Source of the DNA: Octopus vulgaris
Lineage: Eukaryota
Assembly (NCBI GenBank): GCA_951406725.2
Contig: OX597817.1
Coordinates: 102,362,001-102,426,000, forward strand
DNA: 64,000 nt
Reading direction: 5' to 3'
The position numbers were made by a program, and so were the translations under genes. The notes beneath the pieces are model-generated. The model was not told where the DNA came from. It searched no databases and saw nothing but the letters and a program-made list of their open reading frames with translations. Below, piece by piece: positions 56,480-64,000 of this stretch (within the stretch, counting starts at the first letter, position 1; every line of letters starts with the position of its first letter).

Positions 56480-57235
56480 AAGAAATCAATATTCATATTT
56501 ACCGTATTTTTTTGGGGTTTTTTTTTTTTCGTTTTTTCCCTTGGCTGTACTTTTTGAAATTTTAAAATCAAGTGAAAATCTTCAAACATAATGTATTGAC
56601 ATAATTTTTCACGCAGAATCTCTGGACCTAATTCACTTATTCCAGATTTTGTTTTGTTCTTTTTTGTTAACGTTACACAGGTTTAAAGTTTGATACTTTT
56701 TACCCAGTCAGAAAACAGGATTTGGAAGCAGTGATTTTTGTGAGTGACAGCAATCGAACGATGACGAAACAAAAATGTCAACATTGCGACGATAGCATCT
56801 GTCCTAAGCATTTATTAAGCGAAAATGATCCCCAATACGAGTAAACAACACATATTTTGTAGTTTTAAACATTCAATATGCATTCAATGCGAAAAGGAGT
56901 AAAGGACACACATTATAGTTTTAAGAGCAGAAAAAGATAGGTTTAAGAAGAAAAACACAAAGTAAAATATCAGTTTGAAAAAACGTGGCTTTTCGTAAAC
57001 ACTTTTTCAACGCTTGCCTTGTTACTATGGAAACAGGCACCTACATGTCTTTGGCCTTCGATTGGCTAAAATTACCAAACATTTGATAACTTTAAAAGCT
57101 ATTAACTCTTTATTTATTGATTTATGGCGAAAGCGAATTTCCTGTTAATGAGCATTCAAAAAACTACATCAATACATCAAATTTGAAAATTCAATTGGAA
57201 CGAAATTGAAGAAATTAAAAAGTGGCAGCTAAGCA
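56480..57235. mobile_element. Third copy of the 8190-9682 DNA element family
   Basis: Shared blocks TTTTACCCAGTCAG, TTGTTACTATGGAAACAGG and GATTGGCTAAAATTACC. Confidence 0.55.
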
Positions 57236-58092
57236 GAAAAAATCCATTAATCGTTTCCATAATGTTTTTCTCGATCTTTAAGTCCAAGTTTCTTCCGTTC
57301 ATTAATCATCTCTGCTTTCACAGTTTAATGTCTTTCCCTATTAACTTTTAAAAAATCTGTTTACGCATTTTGACTTCTCAATCATTTGGATTCACATGAA
57401 AATCACGTTTAAACCTTAATCTTTCTCTCATCCCTCACACAAACTTACCCTCTACATAATTATTTATTTGTGTCCAGGGCAAACAATAATTCCTTTTCTT
57501 CATCTCACACATTCTTCATTTCTTTCTTCCACCAAGCTTCGTTTATTTTATTTTATTTTTCTCTTCTTAGCTTTGTTTCGTTTTTCGTTATTCCGTTCTT
57601 CATCATGTCATTTATATCTCACTTCACACTACGTAAAACATGTCTATGATTCTCTGTCCTGTTCTCAAATTTCTCATACATGCAACCGTCTGTCTCTCTT
57701 TCCTTTTATTCCATTATCATATTTTTTTGTTTACTACAAACATTTCTCCTTTTCATTCTTCCATCTACTCTTAACTTCAATCATCACTAAATTCTCTATC
57801 ATATGTTTACAAATCATTGATCTCTCTCTCTCTCTCTCGCTCTTTTTCTTTCTTTCTTTCTTTCTCTCTCTCTCTCTCTCTTCCTCACATACACATACTC
57901 ATTCATTTACTCACTCCTTCTCTCTCTCTCACTTTCTCACTCATTCATTTATTCCTTCACTCAGTGACTCACTCACTCATTCACTCACTCATACTCTCTC
58001 TCCCCTCTCTGTCCCTCATTCTCCATCTACATGTACAGACAGATAGACAAAAACACACACACACACACACACACATACAAACACACACGCAT

Positions 58093-58185
<93 letters not shown>

Positions 58186-58676
58186 GTACCTTTTTTCCCT
58201 TCTGTGAAGTGGTCTCCTTACTCTATTGTTTATCATTTGCGTCAAGAAAAACTAATGCACAAAAAATGAAAAGAAAAGAAAAAGAAAACAATGCGATTTC
58301 GGAAGTTGTTTTGACTCAAATGGCTGAATGAAATATTGATAAATCAGAATAGAAGTGTCATCAAGATATATCAGTTAAAGAAATTTGATATCATGCAAAA
58401 ACGATGCAAAGCATCTGGATAGTTTCCACGCGAGCGTATTCTTCCCTTCGCTAGCCTCACCCCCCTCTCTCTCTCTCTACACTCACACACACACACATAT
58501 ATGTATGTATATATATGTGCGTGTGTATATAAATATATTTACGTATGTATATATATGTCTGTGTGTATATATCTACGTATATGTATATGTCTATATGCAT
58601 GCATGTAATATGGAGAACAGTGAAACCAAGTATAGTATATAATAATAATGTTCATCATCATATGCGTGTGCAACGT

Positions 58677-58798
<122 letters not shown>

Positions 58799-58974
58799 TC
58801 GTACAGAGGATTTGATATATTGATAAATATATAAATTGACGGATACGAATAGTGATAGCGGTATAGAAAACGAAATGAATTGGTATATATATGCATGCAT
58901 GTGTGTCTCTCTCTCCCTCCTCCTTTCTCTATATATCTGTGTGTGTGTGTGTGTGTGTGCGGGCGCGTGTATAT

Positions 58975-59158
58975 CTTTTATCTATTTTACATTACTTAGT
59001 CATTTGACTGCGGCCATGCTCAGCAATTCCTTGAAGGATTTTAGTCGAACAAATCGATCCCAGGGCTTCTTTTCAAGACTAGTATCTATCCCCCGCTTTT
59101 GCCGAACTACTGAGTAACGGGGACATGAACACAGACAAGCAGTAATGGCGGGACAAAT

Positions 59159-59160
<2 letters not shown>
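58975..59160 (-). mobile_element. CORE-type SINE 3' fragment
   Basis: AGTCATTTGACTGCGGCCATGCT...TTTTGCCGAAC. Confidence 0.7.
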
Positions 59161-59220
<60 letters not shown>

Positions 59221-59579
59221 ACATACGCACATACACACATTCACATGGGGTACGCTTGGGCATTATTTTTTTAATCACTACAATCGTTTCCCCGTAACGC
59301 AGTTCTCCAAGTGTGCAGGTACTTGATTATGTAACTGTTTCCCTGTATTATGAGATCTAGTTGTTTCCTCAGACGATATGAAAATATTGTCTCCGTAATT
59401 TTAAAATCATCGGCTTCAAAAACATCCTGTTTGCCTGTTGGTCTGAATTTAGTAGTAGTTACTTAGCTTATTGGTGCTTGTTGTTGCTGAAGAGCCATTG
59501 GCAAATTAGCGAGCTGGTGATTCTGGTACTGTTAAAGTGGTTGTCGTTTTAAAGGGATACGCATATATATATATATATT

Positions 59580-59614
<35 letters not shown>

Positions 59615-59629
59615 GTACATATGTATATA

Positions 59630-59835
59630 ATTAATCCAAACATGAACAAAGAGAAAACACAACGCAAGGACGTGGAACAAGTATAGTGTTATTGGACACT
59701 CAGGAAAGGAAAGAAAGAATGAGAATTTAACGTTTCGAGCGGAGCTCTTCGTCAGAAATATAGAACAAAGGAAAAGTCCAAGAAAGGGAAGACGAAGAAA
59801 GAAAATCACCAACGATTCGCACGCGGTCACATATT
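59630..59835 (-). mobile_element. Penelope-like pseudo-LTR/tail inserted in (TA)n
   Basis: Pyrimidine-rich tract plus a hammerhead. The same 3' end occurs at 42530-42596 on the + strand. Confidence 0.7.
59725..59759 (-). ncRNA. Minimal type I hammerhead ribozyme
   Basis: The reverse complement reads AUUU CUGACGA A GAGC UCC GCUC GAAAC GUU AAAU: intact core, 4-bp stems I and II, and palindromic AACGUU in helix III. Confidence 0.7.
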
Positions 59836-59852
59836 GAAATATATATATATAA

Positions 59853-60025
59853 TGGCGGCAAGCTGACAGGATCGTTAGCACGCCAGACAGAATGCTTAGC
59901 GGTATTTCATCCGTCTTTACGTTCTGAGTTCAAATCCCACCGAGGTCGACTTTGCTTTCGTTTCATAATCGACTTAGTCCCTCCACACAAATTTCAAGCC
60001 TTGTACCTATAATAGAAGGAATTAG
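59853..60025 (+). mobile_element. Deu/Nin-type SINE with an internal deletion
   Basis: Family head and tail are present. Confidence 0.8.
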
Positions 60026-60512
60026 GACACTTGACCGTTTAAGAGGATTCCAACAACATCGTACTACTGCCTTACCACTCCCGCACATTTTTATTCCTCG
60101 TCCTCTTCCTCCTCCTCCTCCTCCTCCTCCTCCTCCTTCTTCTTCTTCTTCTTCTTCTTCTTCTTCTTCTTCTTCTTCTTCTTCTTCTTTGCCTCCTTTT
60201 TCAACTACTACTGCTGCTTAAACAATCAAACACAAGAATCCATACCAAATAGGACTACTACTATCTGCTGCCTACTACCTAGAACTCACATGAGTAAAAT
60301 GAGAGACAAGGATAGACAGAAAAAAAGGAAAACATCCCTTACATTTGAAAACTATGGAAGTATTTTTTAAAACATTTCATTTAATTTTTCCACAGTTTAA
60401 TTGTTTTTTATGCTTTACTTTAAGTTGAAAAAGTCGCAAAGACTGAAACCAGTACTAAAATGTTGTTCAAGATAAAATTATTTTAGCCTTTTCTACCTTG
60501 TCTTATTTTCCG

Positions 60513-60544
<32 letters not shown>

Positions 60545-60547
<3 letters not shown>

Positions 60548-61079
60548 AAAGGGCTTAGTAAAATAAATTACTTTGCCGCATACTGAACTCATTAGAAATA
60601 GCAGCTAAAAAACTTTTTTAAAAACCATTTCTAATACTTAAAGAAAATCTCTCTCGTATAGTGTTTGGTCAACTCAACCCACGAAAGTTTGGGGGTAAAG
60701 ACATAAAAAAATCAAATGCAAAGGTTATTTGAGAACGTACGTTTCAAGATTAGTCATCAAGACACTTCTATCATCAGCTCAGAAACTCCATGCTTTGGAT
60801 CTGAAAACATTGAAAGTGAGAGCATACTCTATCGGCCTCTCATCTCCTTCGAAGATCTGCTCGTAACTAACAGTGCCAACAAACCCAAACATGCAAGCGA
60901 AGAATTTCTGTCCTCCCCTTTCCACCAGCGTGGGTTAAAATCAACAAACACTCTGCTTATTTCGGTAAAATCCGAAGCATTAATTAGAGGGAGATTAATT
61001 ATAATTTCAACAATTGAGGGTAAAATTAATTAATTATTAATTAATTTCACCAAGTGTTCAGTATGCAAAGGGACCATTT
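60545..61079 (-). mobile_element. Penelope-like pseudo-LTR with a hammerhead, ending in (TA)n
   Basis: Hammerhead at 60730-60781 and a 30-bp inverted copy of its 5' end at 61193-61222. Confidence 0.6.
60730..60781 (-). ncRNA. Type I hammerhead ribozyme candidate
   Basis: The reverse complement reads UGAG CUGAUGA [irregular stem II] GAAAC GUAC GUU CUCA, with the 10-nt palindrome AACGUACGUU in helix III. Confidence 0.6.
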
Positions 61080-61190
61080 GTTTAAGCAGCAGTAGTAGTT
61101 GAAAAAGGAGGCAAAGAAGAAGAAGAAGAAGAAGAAGAAGAAGAAGGAGGAGGAGGAGGAGGAGGAGGAGGAGGAAGAGGACCATTCGCC

Positions 61191-62748
61191 TTAAATGGTC
61201 CCTTTGCATACTGAACACTTGGAGGGGAGGGGAGGGGGAGAGAGAGGCGGGGGAGGAAGGAGGGGGAGGAAGGAGGAAAGAGGGAGAGGGGGATAGAGAA
61301 GGGGAGTGAGGGACCAGAGGGAAGGGGAAGAGGGAAGGAGGGAGGGAGAAAGAGGGAAGAAGGGAAGGGGAGTAGGGGTGAAAGGATGAAGGACTGAAGA
61401 AGTAGGGGTCGGGGGAAGGATAGGTGAGGAGGGGGAGAGGGGGTTAGATGAGGAGGGGGGAGAGTTGAGACCAAATGGCGTATAAGAGCGAAGAGAGAAG
61501 ATTAATTCCTGTTCACGGCGCAAACGGGAATCCGGATGGCCTCTGTGTAAGGACAAACCGAACACAGATAGGTGTTGCAAGGAGTGACCGGTGGAGCGGA
61601 AATGGCGTGAGACCGGTGTGTCGTTCGCAAGGTGGATGTCACGAAGGTGTTCCGCGAACCGGTCAGCCAAACGGCGTCCCGTTTGTCCGATGTACAAGGA
61701 ATTGCAGAGAGAGCAAGAGACGCAATAGATAATATTGCTGGAGGTGCAGGTGAAGGAGTGGATGATGGGATAGGGTCGATGGTGGGTGCTAGTGAGGGGG
61801 GGGTGTTGGAGAGGTAAGGGCAAGTGCGGCAACGTGGGCGGGAGCAGGGGAACGAGCCGGGTTGGGAGGTAGGGTCAGGGAAGGAGCTATGGACCAAAAG
61901 GTCTCGAAGGTTGTGGGCTCGTTTGAAAGAGGGGAGGGGTCGGTTAGGGAAGAGGTGTGAAGTGGACGGGTCGGACTGGAGATGACGGAAAGCTCGAAGA
62001 ATGGTGCGTTGGAGACGTAGGGTCGTGGGGTGGTAAGTGAGGGGAAAAGGGAGGCGGGAGACTACAGGGCGGGTTCGGGGAGAGAGAGCAGATACACGGT
62101 CCACGGACCGTGCTCTGGCAAGGGCGGTGTGGATAGTGGTGAGGGGGTATCCACGTAGGGTGAAGTGGTGAGCCATACGTTGAGACTGAGTCTCAAAGTC
62201 ATGGTCGTCACTACAGAGCCTACGTAGACGGAGGAAATGGGAATAGGGGATGGAAAGCTTGGTGTGTTCTGGGTGGGAGGAAGAGAAGTTGAGGTATGAG
62301 TGTGAGTCTGTGTGTTTGTAGTGAATGGAGGTGGTAAGAGTGGAGTGAAGAATGCTAACCGAAATGTCGAGGAAGGAGACAGAGGTGTTGGAGATAGTGG
62401 AAGTGAAGTGGAGGGCAGGATGGAAAGATTGGACGAAAGAGAGGAAAGAATCTAGATGTTCACGGGAGAGTGAGGTGGCACCGATAATGTCGTCAATGTA
62501 ACGACCATATAGTTCAGGAGTGGGACCAGTGAAATTAGAGAATATTTTGGGCCTCAACATAGCCAACGAACAGGTTCGCATAGTTGGGGCCCATTCGCGT
62601 TCCCATGGCCACTCCCGATACCTGATGGTAGAACTCGCCCGCGAACGAGAAGCAGTTCAGAGTAAGGACAAGTTCGGCCAGACGAATGAGTGTGGAGGTG
62701 TCAGGTACAGGGTTAGAGCGGAGGTCAAGAAAGTGTCGAAGGGCCTGC
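61191..62748 (-). mobile_element. Penelope-like retroelement (Neptune-type): RT plus Cys linker plus GIY-YIG, 5' truncated, two frameshifts
   Basis: YHQVSGVAMGTRMGPNYANLF, YGRYIDDI, FLDISV, PCSRPRCRTCPY and NIIYCVSCSLCNSLYIGQTGRRLADRFAEH. Frame changes near 62545 and in the G-run near 61800. Confidence 0.92.
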
Positions 62749-62759
62749 ATATATATATA

Positions 62760-63466
62760 TCTCTTATTATAAAAGGCAGATTTTATCTGCCTCCCTTTGG
62801 GAGTTATACAAATCTACAATATAGGATTTCTTCAATTACAATTTACCTAGCAGTTTTGAGAGTACAATGCATCGCGTCATGCCAGGTCCAGTTTTTAAAA
62901 TTTAAACTCCAATTAAGCAAAATTTACAGAAAACTCACATTCTGGTGTGTGTGTCAAATGCTTTTCTTAGTCTGGTTTACACCACACGCAAACGCACACA
63001 CACAGTGGGCAACGAATAAAATGAAAGTAAATAGCGACAGAGAGATTTGAGGAAGACTAAAGTGAAAGTATTCTGTCCATGACGCTGATAGATACATGAG
63101 TAAAATGTATGGGAAGCTAAGAGCTAAGAGTGAGTGAAAATGTTCTTGGAAGAGAGTAATTAGTAATAAAGTAAACATACACTCATACATACATACATAC
63201 ATACATACATACATACATACATACATACATACATACATACACACACACACATACACACACACACACATACATACATACACACATACATACATACATACAT
63301 ATACATACATACATACATATACATACATACATACACACACACACATACACACACACACAGTATTGAAGCTTGAGAACAATCAGATACATTTGCAACACAT
63401 CTGTTGAAAATATTATTGTTCACACACATACATATACATATATACATACATACAGACAGACAGATA

Positions 63467-63502
<36 letters not shown>

Positions 63503-64000
63503 ATCCAGCATGGCCACAACCTCAAGGCTGAAACATATAAAAGAATAACAGAATATAAATGTGTGCAAAGTACAAGAAATATTAATGCAGTATATGGGGA
63601 TTGGACAATAAGCGTAAGGCAGTGTCAATGGTGGTTCCAGAAATCCCGAGCCATAAACTACAGCCTAGAAGACGAGCCTCATCCTGAAAGATCTGTAGAA
63701 CTCGACAAGGACATCCTGAAAACCCTGGTGGAACAAAATCTCATCGTAACTGTTGAGGAACTAGCAGAGAAGCTTGGATTTGGTCATTCAACCATTCATT
63801 GACACCTGTGTGCTATCGGAAAAGTCAGCAAATTGGGTCAATGGGTTCCTCACGAACTTTCCGAGTCTAATTGCATGCAGAGAGTGAATGTATGCTTTTC
63901 TTTGCTGTCATATCTCACCACTACTGCGCTATGTATATCTATATATATAAAACTGTAGTTGTGTGAGTGTCTGTCCCCTTCGATTTAGATTCCTAACTAC
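62760..64000 (+). mobile_element. Composite Helitron, dispersed copy running off the window end
   Basis: A|TCTCTTATTATAAAAGGCAG start in (TA)n. Same internal modules as units 1-2, with the family B module starting at 63938. Confidence 0.85.
63500..63910 (+). pseudogene. Mariner HTH fragment, copy 3
   Basis: Same MIQHGHNLK...STIH peptide, followed by WVPHEL after the stop. Confidence 0.85.

Overview
AT-rich, microsatellite-saturated eukaryotic DNA. The tRNA-derived SINE families look like those of Octopus (coleoid cephalopod); this is my recognition, not a database hit. I could not identify a confident host protein-coding gene, and nearly all ORFs in the track are simple-repeat artefacts. The window is a nest of transposable elements. 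(1) A composite non-autonomous Helitron carrying a SINE tail and a mariner DNA-binding-domain fragment, present as a head-to-tail array at 2659-6523 and again at 62760 to the window end, plus related solo Helitrons. (2) A Penelope-like (RT plus GIY-YIG) retroelement at about 61190-62748 and several Penelope-type tails with minimal hammerhead ribozyme motifs, two of which look intact. (3) Long fold-back palindromes next to (TA)n tracts. (4) R4/Dong-like RLE LINE remnants at (TAA)n and (TACA)n. (5) A deleted Tx1/L1 element, Tc1, mariner and Chapaev3 remnants, a Gypsy-like solo LTR, a 107-bp minisatellite, and many CORE-type and Deu/Nin-type SINEs. Coordinates of degraded elements are approximate and were read by eye.
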